A DNA stretch of 64,000 nt from contig NC_043000.1 of NCBI RefSeq assembly GCF_006345805.1, positions 125,054,001 to 125,118,000 of the forward strand. Direction: 5' to 3'. The stretch is from Octopus sinensis. Lineage: Eukaryota. Made by a program: the position numbers and the translations under genes. The notes under the pieces were generated by a model that saw only the letters and a list, made by a program, of their open reading frames with translations, searched no databases and was not told where the DNA came from. How positions within the stretch are numbered: position 1 is the first letter of the stretch; every line of letters begins with the position of its first letter. This document shows positions 12,853-25,064 of this stretch, piece after piece.

Positions 12853-13268
12853 AACTGGCACCCATGTTGTTGGCATGTAAAAGCACCCATTACACCCTTG
12901 TTGTTAAGTAACAAGATGGGTAAGGGTGATTAGGTTATGGTTTAGGGCTTAGGGCTGGGAGATTCCAGACCTGGAAAAAAAAAAAAAACTTTGGTCGTCT
13001 TGTTGTAGCCGAGGGCTCTTCGTTGACGCCCAACACCACTGGGAGGTGGCCCTCGAAGTCGCTGGAAATGGAGATCTCCAGGTCCAAATTCTTGAATGGC
13101 CCCATTACACTCTTGGAGTGGTTGGTGTCAGGAAAGGTATCCAACTGTAGAAATCACACCAAATGAGACTGGGGTCTGGTGCAGCTCCACAGCTTACCAG
13201 CCGTGGTCAAACCACCCAACCCATGCCAGCATGAACAACGGACATTAAATGATGATGATGATGATGAT
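12853..13268 (+). mobile_element. RTE 3' tail fragment split by a 200-bp retroposon
   Basis: gtaaaagcaccc..ggagtggttgg..aggaaaggtatccaactgtag..ccaacccatgccagcatg..(GAT)n tail. Confidence 0.8.
12901..13100 (-). mobile_element. Unclassified ~200-bp retroposon, copy 1
   Basis: 15-bp TSD cccattacacYcttg (12886-12900 / 13101-13115), (AAC)n tail on minus; homologous to 47901-48110. Confidence 0.85.
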
Positions 13269-13284
13269 TATCATTATTGTTAAT

Positions 13285-13903
13285 GACCATTAGCATGCTG
13301 GACAAAATGCTTACCAGTATTTTGCCCGTAGCTATGTTCTGAGTTCAAATTCTGCTGAACTCGACTTTGCTTTTCATCCTTTCAGGCCGCTACATTAAGA
13401 ACCAGTGAAACACTGGGGTCGAAGTAACTGACTGGTTCCCTCCCCACAAAATTTCAGGCCTTGTGGCTTTAGTAGAAAGGATTATTATTATTATTATTAT
13501 TAAGGTGGCAAGCTGGCAGAATCATTAACACACCAGGTTAAATGCTTAGCAGCATTTCATCTATCAGCACGTTCCTGAGTTCAAATTCTGCTGAGGTTGA
13601 CATTGCCTTTCATCCTTTTAGGCTGGATAAATTAAGTACCAGTGAGACACTGGAGTCAACATAATCGACCTAGCCTCCGAAATTGCTGGCCTTGTGCCAA
13701 AATTTTTCTCCTTCTTCTTCTTCTTCTTCTTCTTCTTCTTCTTCTTCTTCTTCTTCTTCTTCTTCTCCTCCTCCCCCTCCCCCCTCCTCCTCATCATCAT
13801 TAAGGCAGCAAGCTGGCAGAATTGTTAGCATCCAAGGCAAAATGCTTAGCAGCATTTCCTCTGTCTTTATGTTCCAGTGTCTGGTACTACAATAGGGCAT
13901 TTA

Positions 13904-13968
<65 letters not shown>

Positions 13969-14352
13969 TTACACATCAAGCAAATCATATAAACTCAGTA
14001 ATGGAAAAATAAAGGTTTTATGTTCTGTGTTCTATGGCAGTGAGCTGGCAGAATTGTTAGCATACTGGACAAAATGCTTAGCGGTATTTCACCTGTTGCT
14101 ACATTTTGGGTTCAAATTCTGCCAAGGTCAATTTTGCCTTTCATCTTTTCAGGATCGATAAATTAAGTACCAGTTGCATACTGGGGTCAATCTAATCGAC
14201 TGGCACCGTCCCCCAAATTTCATGCCTTGTGCCTATAATAGAAATGATTATGGTCTGAGTTCAAATTCCACCGAGGTTGTCTTTGCCTTTCATTCTTTTT
14301 TTTGGGTGGGGGGTCGATAAGTTAAGTACCAGTTGAATACTGGGGTCGATGT
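13285..14352 (+). mobile_element. Cluster of about five head-to-tail SINE family M copies or fragments among (TTA)n/(TTC)n
   Basis: Repeated ggc..agctggcagaat.gttagca..aaatgcttagc..gagttcaaattc..gcctttcatcct..aagtaccag motifs at ~13285, 13503, 13803, 14035 and 14255. Confidence 0.85.
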
Positions 14353-15938
14353 ACAGAATACAGGTCAACGAGCTTTTCTAGCCATGGCTATTAAGAGTTA
14401 TATTGTCTTAACACAACCACAATTCTCATCCATAGCACCAACATCACCACAAGACTAGCCTTGTGCCAAAATCCAAAATAATTAATAAACTACCCGTTCT
14501 TGGTGGTTGGTGATGGCAGTTGTAGTAGTGTAAAGACAATACAGCTCTAATAATCATGGCTAGTAATGTTAGTAGTCCTGCATTCTGTACAACAGGTGTG
14601 CTTTCAGCAGAGTTGATCCATGGTTTTCCCTACCCCCACCTCCCTCCATTATGAAACAATAGGCATCGTTACCAACCAATAATATAATGGATATCAGGAA
14701 TATTTACCACCACTATCATCATCACCACCACCAACAACAATACTTACAATGCCCATCGCCATCATGATCATCATCATAATTATCACCACCATCACTCAGT
14801 AGATGTGGTGGTGATGGTGGTGGCAGCAGTGGTGGTGTTAGTAGTGGTGGTGGTGGTGGTAATAGTAGTAGTAGTAGTAATTAGATCCTACATTCATCAA
14901 CTTTTTTTCGTTACTGTACTTGTTTCCCACTCACCATCACCCTCACCACCAGCACCACCACCACCAGCAGCAGCACCAACACCACTAGCACCAGCACCAC
15001 CAGCACCAGCACCACCACCACCACCACTACTTTCCTTCATTAGCATGTCTTTTGTATTCTCGCTCTGCTACCGTTTTCATTATTAGCCTAACAGTCTTGG
15101 TAATCCTACTTTTACTAATAACAAGTAGTGTGTGTGTGTGTGTGTATGTACTTTCTCTTTTCCTCACACTAACAAATGAAGACATTTATTTATTTATTCA
15201 TTTATTTATTTATTTGGGCAAAATATTGAGATGAATGTCCAGACATTATCAAGAAAAATAGACGTGATTAATGCAAAAATTTTAATAGAGATATGTTTTG
15301 TTTTTGTTGGTCTTCAGATTAATTTATTATTCCCTGGAGTATAACTTTATAATCTTTATCCAGTTTTATTTCATATACTATCCATCATAGCTGGGATACT
15401 TTCTCCAGCACAGCTAGAATGGAATAAATATCCCATTATTCATTTGGTCACAGGAGCACTATTTGAAGAGTTAGTCTTAATGTTGTGAAATTTTTGAGTT
15501 TTTGAATAAGTTCTTATGTTGTTGAGAGAAATGGATTCTGCTGATTGGGAAATGACCCTTCATCTGGAAGCGATAACAAAAAACTTTCAACCAAATTTTT
15601 TTTCCATTTGTCACTGCAACCCTACTGAAAACTCCATCAACATCCAAGGATGTTTTTCTCTCTGAGATAAAGGAAAAATCTCAAAACAACAGATTCTTTT
15701 TCTTTTCTCCCCTTAGGATAGAAAATTTTATAAACTCATGAATTTCACTGGGTAATTAATAGTGACACAGCTGATCAAATTTGGCTGCTTAGTTAAGATA
15801 GACAGTTTCATAGCAATGTGATTTTGGGTTCAGTCCCATTAAATGGCACCTCGGGCAATTATCTTCTGCTATAGCCCTAGGCTAACCAAAACCTTGTGAG
15901 TGAATTCAGTGAGCAAAATCTTTAAAGACACCCATCAG

Positions 15939-16001
<63 letters not shown>

Positions 16002-16048
16002 ATACATTAAAAGTGAGCTTGAATCTTGCTTGCTTGCTTGCAATGTTA

Positions 16049-16807
16049 CCCAGCCGAACTGGTGCATAATGGGAAAATACTATGAATTAAGTTGCCCCTG
16101 AAATGTGAATACAAACAGAATAAAACAAATTTTGCATAAATTGGACAACTGCTTATTGAGATATTAGGGGATTTGGGGGTATAGATAACCCAAACAGTAC
16201 ATAATGAGAAAATTCTCTGAAAATAACTTAACCCTGAAAGAGAAGAAACTCTTACCCTTTGATTAAACACAGTGACTTGATAACAAAAAAATATGATTTG
16301 TTTTTTACAGTAAATGTTTCTATTTTTGCTTTTGTTAAACACAATATTTTAATCCTTTAGAAATATTTTTAAGTGAACGTGATTTCAAAAATGTAAGTTC
16401 TTTGTACAGTAGGTATTTATATTTTAGCTTTCTTTAAACAGACAATATTTTAATGTCTTTTTGAATTATTTTCAACTGAATAACATTATAAAATTTTTGG
16501 CCTATTTAAAAAATAACTTCAGTGTGAAATAATTTTTTTCCATAGGTTTTTTCGAGTGCATTCAACACATCTCACTTCCAAAGATTTGGCTGCTATTTCT
16601 AGCACTCTCTGCTAACACGTAACAACCATTTGCGATAAGTGATCCAAAATACCTATTACGAGGTAGCAAGGCATGCAAGAAATAGCAGCTAAATCTTTCC
16701 TTTTCTGGGGAAAGGAACCATTTACACATGAATTTGATTTCACATTTGTTTAAAGCATGCAACTTGGAAAAGAAAAAAAAATCATGAAACAAAACTCCGT
16801 TGCTGGG
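16049..16807. mobile_element. Possible old DNA transposon/MITE with CCCAGC...GCTGGG termini
   Basis: Short imperfect TIR only (CCCAGCcgAACTGG vs CCCAGCAACGG); AT-rich interior. Confidence 0.3.
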
Positions 16808-17389
16808 AAAGTCAGACTTTTCCAGTGACCCAACAGGTCACGGGTAGTCTAGTATATATATATATATATATAGCATTGAGTCTCATGGAGGCAATGACTG
16901 AGACCTTTTGCATGATGTCATGCTCGAGCAAAAGATCCATCAAGCCAAACAAAATTGCATTTGTGGCAAATACTGGTGTCAGACAAATGGCACCTGTGTC
17001 AGTGGCATGTAAAAGCACCCAGTACACTCTCAGAGTGGTTGGCATTAGGAAGAGCATCCAGCCATAGAAGACCATATCAAATCAGACTGGAGTCTGGTAC
17101 AATCTTCCAGTTTATCAGTCCCGATCAAACCGTCCAACCTATGCCAGCATTTATTAAGGGCATTACTATACATAAATGCCTCATGCTAGGAGGGACTTTT
17201 AAGGTTAAAACTACCATAATAAACACATTTTGTACCAAATACGAGGGAATGCAACTCTCAAAGCGAGCCTTTTAAAAACACATTCAGCTGCAGGTCATAT
17301 GATTTCATAATTAGTGCACAAAATGCACTTTTTAATCGTCAATGCAGGCATAATCAAGACACATAAAAATTTAATATAAATAAATATAC

Positions 17390-17420
<31 letters not shown>

Positions 17421-17451
17421 CACACACACATAAAAAATACATGTCATTATA

Positions 17452-17645
<194 letters not shown>

Positions 17646-17653
17646 ATATATAT

Positions 17654-17736
<83 letters not shown>

Positions 17737-18429
17737 ATTAAAAAAATTATTATTGATGTAAGTCAATTGTTGTTGATCAATATTTCTCCATATTTTGTTT
17801 ACTTTAAATTTGATTCCTGATAATCTCATGTTTATCTTTGTCATTACCTGTAATCTATGAAAATATTATGCTAACATATGTATGTCCAGGGTTAACATAG
17901 GTAAATATGCTGGTAGTATAATGGATACTTATATCCCTTAGATAGTTATTCCAGCTTCTAACTCTACTAACCTATGTATATATATTTATATATATACATG
18001 CTATATATATGTACATGTGTGCGTGTGTGTGTTTGAGTATAGATATGTATGTGTGTGTGTGTGTGTGTATGCATGTATGTATTTATTGTTTATTTTATTT
18101 TTGTGCTTGTTAATCCTTACTACCATATGTGTTTGCAAATGTGCTATTATTATACTACAGCTGGATGTCCTTCCTGTCACTAACCCTTGCCTCTTTTTCA
18201 AGTCAGGGATCTCTTATTGCATATAGTGCTGAAAGTACAAAACCATGTATCAACATCAACATTGCTAAAATGTATACAAAAAATAAAGCATATAAAAATA
18301 AACACTATTTTCCATCTTTGTGTTAGCATTGTTTCAATTTGAAAGATAAAAATATATATTTTATGGTTTAATAGTATTTCTATTTTGAATTACATATATA
18401 TGGGAGGAACCAAAATCTTTTAAGTACTT

Positions 18430-18805
18430 AGCGCTTCTATGGATCTTAATAGCCTTAACCCTGAGAGCTATGTCAACAGAGTGCAAGTCTTGGTAGGGTC
18501 TCCCATGCTGGATAGGTCAAAGGATAGAGGCGAGATTAAAATGGCCCATCACTTCATAGAAGTAAAAATGGGTTTGCATAGGGCAACACTTCTACCTAGA
18601 AAAGAGCAAAGTTACAGAAGCATTGATGATAATTCAGAACCAACAAGACCTGGGAGAGGAAGGCCTTCCTGCAGGGAAATGTAGAATATTGAGGCAGAGC
18701 TGAAAATCAGGGACCCAACTGGAAAGAGGTAGAAAGGACTAAAGACAAAAACAGTGGAGAGATGTCATCAATGGCTTATACTCTATGGGAAGTGAAGGGC
18801 TTAAG
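18430..18805 (+). mobile_element. Bipartite non-autonomous RTE derivative (5' UTR joined to 3' end)
   Basis: RTE 5'-UTR-like ccctgagagctatg..ggtagggtctcccatgctggataggtcaaagg joined to a WRDVINGLYSMGSEGLK-type C-terminus; TAAG tail split by a MITE B at TTAA. Confidence 0.6.
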
Positions 18806-18998
18806 CCTTTAGCATTTAAACTGGCCTGAATATTTTACTTGTTTTATTTTCAAACTGGCTAGATCTGGCCTCTCATACCCAACCTACAATGTTATTCTAA
18901 AAATGAATGATCACATCATTGAAATATTGAAACTGCAAGATAATGCCTGATTAATTAAAAACAATTTGACAGAATAATCTCAGAATGCTAAAGGGTTA
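18801..18998 (-). mobile_element. TTAA-type MITE, family B
   Basis: ttaa-gcctttagcattt...aatgctaaaggg-ttaa. Confidence 0.8.
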
Positions 18999-19518
18999 AG
19001 TAAGAAATGCTCTGATCAAGCAGATCTATAATCAGATGGATTCCATCCATGACCATCTTGTAAACTAGAGACTTTATGGTGCACTGTGTTGTTCTTTATT
19101 TAAGACAATTGCATATGATAAGGAGAAGAATTGATTGTTATTTCTAGCAACTCAATTAATGGTTCTTAAAAATGGTGCATCATTGCACTGTAGTATGTCA
19201 CAAGATGTAGCCAGGTGCACTGTGAAAAATAATAAAATTATATTTTTAAAAAAGAAAAAATTATGAGAAAAATACAAACTAAAATTCTAAATATAAAGTG
19301 TTGATAATTATGCTTCATTAATTGAATAACAAAGTAATTACTTAATGATTTTTCAAAAGTTTGAATTAATTATATATTTAGAAGCGAAAATAAATAAATA
19401 ACTTATTTTTAATACATTTAAAAAAAGATTATTCATAAAGTGTACCAAAATATTTTTATCTGTTCTAAAGTGCAATGATGAGTAAAAACAAGATATTTGT
19501 GAATCAATATTTTAGACG

Positions 19519-20089
19519 CAGGGGTTCTCAACCATTTTTTTGCCAATGGACCCGTTTTGATTCCTATTTCACTCTGCTGGACCCTTATAGCCATTTGATG
19601 TTTAAAAAATCCTATAATAACTTTATGATTAAATATTACTACCAAAGTACATGGCTCAGTGGTTAGAGCATTGGGGCTTACAGTCACGAGGCACCAATTC
19701 ATACTGGGATATCTACTCTCCTATTTGTAGTTTTACAAATGAGACAACTGTTTTTTTAAGTATATTTCCTACATTCTCCATGTGTGTGTTTAAATATAGT
19801 GAGAGATGCATGGCTTTGGAGAGTTTTAACTTCTCTTACTAGCAAACAGGTGCATATTGTACCCTTACTTTTAATATATAGTTTGCATATTTTGCCTATT
19901 TGGTTGTGCTTGCTGGCTACTTTATCATTATTTTTTAAAGGTAATGGTAACTTATTTGAATTAGGAGTGGGTGTGTGGTAAGTAGCTTGCTTGCCAACCA
20001 CATGGTCAAGTGTCTATTACTATAGCATCGTTCGACCAAAGCCTTGTGAGTAGATTTGGTAGATAGAAACTGAAAGAAGCCCATTGTAC

Positions 20090-20164
<75 letters not shown>

Positions 20165-20803
20165 GTGTGTGTTTGTGTGTCTGTGTTTGTCCCCCAACAT
20201 TGCTTGACAACTGATGCTGGTGTGTTTATGTCCCCGTAACTTAGCCGTTCAGAAAAAGAGACCGATAGAATAAGTACTAGGCTTACAAAGAATAAGTCCT
20301 GGGGTTAATTTCTTCGACTAAAGGCAGTGCTCCAGCATGGCTGCAGCCAAATGACTGAAACAAGTAAAAGAGTAAAAGAGTACATATATCCCCAGATTCG
20401 GCTCTGTGTTGTGTTCTTGAGTAAGACCCTTTATTTCACATTGCTCCAGTTACCTCAGCTGTAGAAAGGAGTTGCAACATCACTGGTGCCAAGCTGTATC
20501 GTCTTTTGCCTTTCTCTTGGATAACATCGATGGCATGGAGAGGAGAGAATGGTATGCATGGGTAACTACTCGTCTTTCACAAAACAATCTTACCTGGACT
20601 TGTGCATTGGAGGGGAACTTACTATGTGCAATCCCATGGTCATTCATGACCAAAGAGGGTCTTTATTATGAGGAATTGTATAAAAAATAGTTTAAATATT
20701 TTGTGTATTTCAAAAGTATAACTAATTTATTGGACATAAATTTTAACAACAAAATCTTATATGGACCTGAAAGGGCCATATGGACCCAGGTTGACAACCA
20801 CTA
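19519..20803. mobile_element. hAT (Charlie-like) MITE containing nested SINEs
   Basis: TIR CAGGGGTTCTCAACC / GGTTGACAACCACTA, subterminal tggaccc, flanks (t)tttagac / gtttagag resembling an 8-bp NTYTAGAN TSD. Confidence 0.7.
19962..20381 (+). mobile_element. Composite SINE family C with internal (TA)n(TG)n and (AGTAAAAG)n tail
   Basis: Homologous end to end with 54243-54667 and 62031-62448. Confidence 0.85.
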
Positions 20804-20849
20804 GTTTAGAGACTCCTTTATTGGTTTGTCAAACTCTAGTACCTATCTA

Positions 20850-21339
20850 CAGTAGCATAGCTAGGAGTGGGTGATGAGGGTCAGTCCTCTCTACGTGATA
20901 CTTTTATGGGGTTAAAAATTTTGGGTCTACTGGATAAGCCTGTATGGACTGGGGTCCATAGTGATTCTACTTTTGTTTGTTCCTTCTCGAGCCATGCCTG
21001 ACTCATGAGGGCCGGTTTTCCAGTTTCCTTGGTGTATAGGTTCCCCACCTGAATGGGATGCCAGTCTGTCGAGCTGCAAGATGCAGGAGGAAAGAGTGAG
21101 AGAAAGTTGTGGCGAAAGAGTCAGCAGAAGTTTGCCATTATCTTCTGCCGGAGCCGCGTGAAGCTTAGGTGTTTCGCTCATAAACACACACATCACCCAG
21201 TCTGAGATTTGAACCTGTGATCCCTTGACCGCAAGTCTGCTGCTCTAACCACTAGGCCATGTGCCTCCACGGTCCATAGTGAGGGCTCTTGTGAAACCTA
21301 GCACTTTCCCACATGGCACACACTCTAGCTACACCACCG
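20850..21339. mobile_element. hAT-like MITE with nested SINE
   Basis: TIR CAGTAGCATAGCTAG / CTAGCTACACCACCG (degenerate CAGTGGCGTAGCTAG type). Confidence 0.6.
20965..21270 (-). mobile_element. Full-length tRNA-derived SINE
   Basis: Minus-strand A box tggcctagtgg and B box ggttcaaatctc; 12-bp TSD ggtccatagtga; sister copy at 58755-59046. Confidence 0.88.
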
Positions 21340-21644
21340 TGTATTTACAGATAGATAGATTAGGTCACTGAGAGCTAAGTGTCATTGACATCCACACGAT
21401 GTTACATAGGTGAGGGTTAATGACTGCTGTGTTGATTTTCCACTCAGTAAATTGTTACGTTATCAATGCAGCCATTTGTAGAGATTTTTTTCTTCTTTTC
21501 TCTTGCTAATTTTAATTACGCTCAAATAATTTCTATTTCAAATTGAAATGTCTGTCTTGTGAAAGAATTTTAATAATATTTTATGGTTTGTCTGAATTTT
21601 ATGATCTCCAAAACAGATGCTTTCTACTCTTCTAGATGCACCAA

Positions 21645-21692
21645 TCCTCCTCCTCCTCATCGTTATCATCATCATTGTCATCATCATCATCC

Positions 21693-21739
<47 letters not shown>

Positions 21740-21900
21740 GTTATCATCATCATTTTCATCATCATCACCATCACCACCACTGCCGCTGCCACTGCTGCCA
21801 CCACCACCACCACCACTGCCGCCACCACCATCACAGCCACCACCATCACCGCCACCACTACCACCACCACCACCACCACCACCACCATCACCATCATCAT
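21645..21900. repeat. (CAT)n/(CAC)n microsatellite continuing an RTE tail
   Basis: Seen directly; adjoins a minus-strand RTE tail fragment at 21900-22090. Confidence 0.9.
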
Positions 21901-22214
21901 TTAATGTCTGTTTTCCATGCAAGAATGAGATGGACAGTTTGATATCTGTTGCAGCATGGTTTCTCTGGCTGGATGCCCTTCCTAACACCAACCATTTCAT
22001 AGTGTGTGCTGGGTGCTTTATCCGTTCCACCAGCACGGGTGCCACTACACAGCACTGGCACGAGTGCATTTTATGTGGCAGTAGCACATGTAAAAGAAAA
22101 GCCTGTATGTATAAAGGACCGCAATTTTGCTTAGCTTAGCATATTTTCTCAAGTACAGTAGATTGTCACAACTTTCATTCCCTTGTCATGTCCTCAGGGA
22201 GGAAATAATAGTTT

Positions 22215-22712
22215 AAATATGATATATATATTTGTACGATGTGGAAAATATACCGCCAACTTTGCCCAAACGACCTAAACATTAGCTTCAAGTTTCATCC
22301 AAGACTTGGACCACGGGCTATACGTCCCCTTCCCAATTCAAGATCACAACATACATGTACACTGCAACATAATTTCTTTTCGTCAACAGGCCCTGCCCTA
22401 CTTAACATTGTCCCGAGGGAGATCAAAGAGGAAAAGGATCCCATCAACTTTAAACAGAGTCTGGATAGATTCCTTCAAAGAATACCAGATAAGCCACCCA
22501 TAATTGGATACAACTCACCCAGCAAGAACTCACTACTTGAACAAAACTGGATACAACTCACCCAACAAGAACTCACTACTTGAACAAAACTTGACTTAAA
22601 CAAAACTTGACTTAAACAGGATTCGAATAATCCTATCAGGTGGTGCTATTAAGTTAGACATGGCCTGGACCAATCTTTGGTCGAAACATATCTAAGTTTA
22701 TCTAAGTTTATA
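22215..22712 (+). mobile_element. CR1-like LINE ORF2 C-terminus and 3' UTR
   Basis: YMWKI..PN..RLG..F..GPALLNIVP..FKQSLDRFLQRIPDKP..GY..NSLL; short tandem tail ctaagtttat x2; local 40-bp duplication. Confidence 0.75.
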
Positions 22713-22889
22713 GGGGTAGGGATGGTTGTGTGGTTAAGAAGCTCACTTTGCAACCATGTGGTTTCAGGTTCAATTCCACCATGTAGCATCTGGCCAACCC
22801 TGGATCCACCAAAACTTAGGAATGATAAAACTTGTACTTTCATGCGTTATGCAATCATTAGGTTTAAGTAGTAGTAGTAGTAGTAGTAA

Positions 22890-22968
<79 letters not shown>

Positions 22969-23519
22969 CATGTTCCACAATTGACAACTGATTATGGAAC
23001 AGTACATTGTAAATATATATATATATATACATGTATATGCATACATACATATATATATATATATATACACACACATATATATACACATACATATATGTAT
23101 ATATATGTCTATGTATATACATTATATGTATGTATATGTGTGTGTGTGTGTGTGTGTATGTTTGTGTGTATATATATACACATATATATATCAGGATGTT
23201 GGGCCACATGGAGGAAATGACAAAGGACCAAGATGTTCGGTGATATGAAGTTCATAAGAAGACCCATCCACATCAGTAAATATGAATTCTAGAAATGCTG
23301 TGTGTCCCACCCCAACTCAACAAGAAAATGTCTCGCACATTCTACCACAACAAACCAAACTATGTCTCTACTTCTCTCTTCCTCACACTTCCAATTCACG
23401 CACTATGCTTACCTCCCGCTCCCCAATCCTGTCCTTATGGCCATGTTCCTCTGTATCATTGCTATCTGGTAGCCCTCCCCACCTCGACTCTATACACACC
23501 CAGGTTTTTCATGAGCACC

Positions 23520-23910
23520 ATCTGAGCATGATCATTGCCAGTGCAGCTAATTGGCGTTCATGCCGGTGACATGTAAAAAGCACCATTCGAGCGTGATTGT
23601 TACCAACGACGCCTTACTGGCACTTGTGTCGGTGTGCAGGTGACATGTAAAATAAAAAAATTTAAAAAACGATTTTTTTGTGGCCGTTGCCAGTACCGCC
23701 TGACTGGCCCCTTGTGCCAGTGGCACATAAAAGCACCCACTACACTCTCGGAGTGGTTGGCGTTAGGAAGGGCATCCAACTGTAGAAACGCTGCCAGATC
23801 AGATTGGAGCCTGGCGCAGCCATCTGGTTCGCCAATCCTCACTTAAATCGTCCAACCCATGCTAGCATGGAAAGCGGACGTTAAACGATGATGATGATGA
23901 TGTTGATGAC
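23520..23910 (+). mobile_element. RTE 3' UTR/tail fragment
   Basis: gtggcacataaaagcacc units, ggaagggcatccaactgtagaaac and (GAT)n tail. Confidence 0.85.
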
Positions 23911-24404
23911 CGTCGGCAAAACATAAATCTTCACCTCAACACAACAAAATTAACTCTTTTCCACCTGTCATAAATCACAATATATATCATGCTGAATAGT
24001 AAATCATTTGTCAGTCGTTATTTCTACACATTTAAATACATGTATACATTCTGCTTTTTATCTTCACTGCTGGCTATCATCCGCTTGTACATGTTTGACC
24101 TTACAAACAAAGAATACAGAAATATACGTTCTTTATAAGCCAATTGAGTTTGTAAAAGACAGACATCTGTCTGTATATTCAAGAGGTATATTATGTACAC
24201 CAAACTTTTTATTATTACTTTATAGTCAAATTTATTATTTTTCCACTGAGTTTTATACGCATGTTGTGTATATTTTAATTTCATTGCATGAAACTTCGTC
24301 CTGTCTAATTGTAATAATTTTAATTATTGAATTACTGTAAAATAATAAGACCAGAAGAGGTCTATCTTCCTTCTGCTCGTCAGTGCAAAACAAAGAGAAA
24401 ATAT

Positions 24405-24720
24405 CATCATCATCATCATCGTTGTGGTTGTGGTTGTGGTCATCGCTGTTGTCGTCGTTGTTGTTGTCATTACCATCACCACCACCACCACCATCACTGC
24501 CACCATCATCATCACCATCATCATCATCACCACCACCACCACCGTCATCATCATTATCACCACCATCATCATAACCATCACCACCACCAACACCAACACC
24601 AACACCACCATCATCGTCATCATTACCACAACCACCATCATCATCATCATCATCATCATCATCACTACCACCACCATCACCACCACCACTGTCATCATCA
24701 TCATCACCATCATCATCATA
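24405..24720. repeat. (CAT)n/(CAC)n microsatellite
   Basis: Seen directly. Confidence 0.95.
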
Positions 24721-24723
24721 ACC

Positions 24724-24953
24724 AGACACGTGTACCCCTAACGTAGTTCACAGGGAGATTCAGCGTGACACAGAGTGTGACAAGGCTGGCCCTTTTTTGA
24801 AATACAGGTACAACTCATTTTTGCCAGCTGAGTGGACTGAAGCAACATGAAATAAAGTGTCTTGCTCAAGGAGACAACGTATCGCCGGGAATTAAACTCA
24901 TGACCTGACAATCATGAGCCAAATGCCCTAACCACTAAGCCACGCGCCTTCAC
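24724..24953 (-). mobile_element. tRNA-derived CORE-like SINE
   Basis: Homologous to 53208-53523; minus-strand A box tggcttagtgg. Confidence 0.85.
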
Positions 24954-25023
24954 TATTATATATATATATATATTATATAGAGGGTACTATTAAAAAAAAA
25001 AATATATATATATATATGTATAT

Positions 25024-25059
<36 letters not shown>

Positions 25060-25064
<5 letters not shown>

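Noticed and set aside
12915-12960. Interstitial telomere or telomerase RNA template
   Set aside because: Only two exact TTAGGG units inside a dispersed retroposon; too little to support either call.
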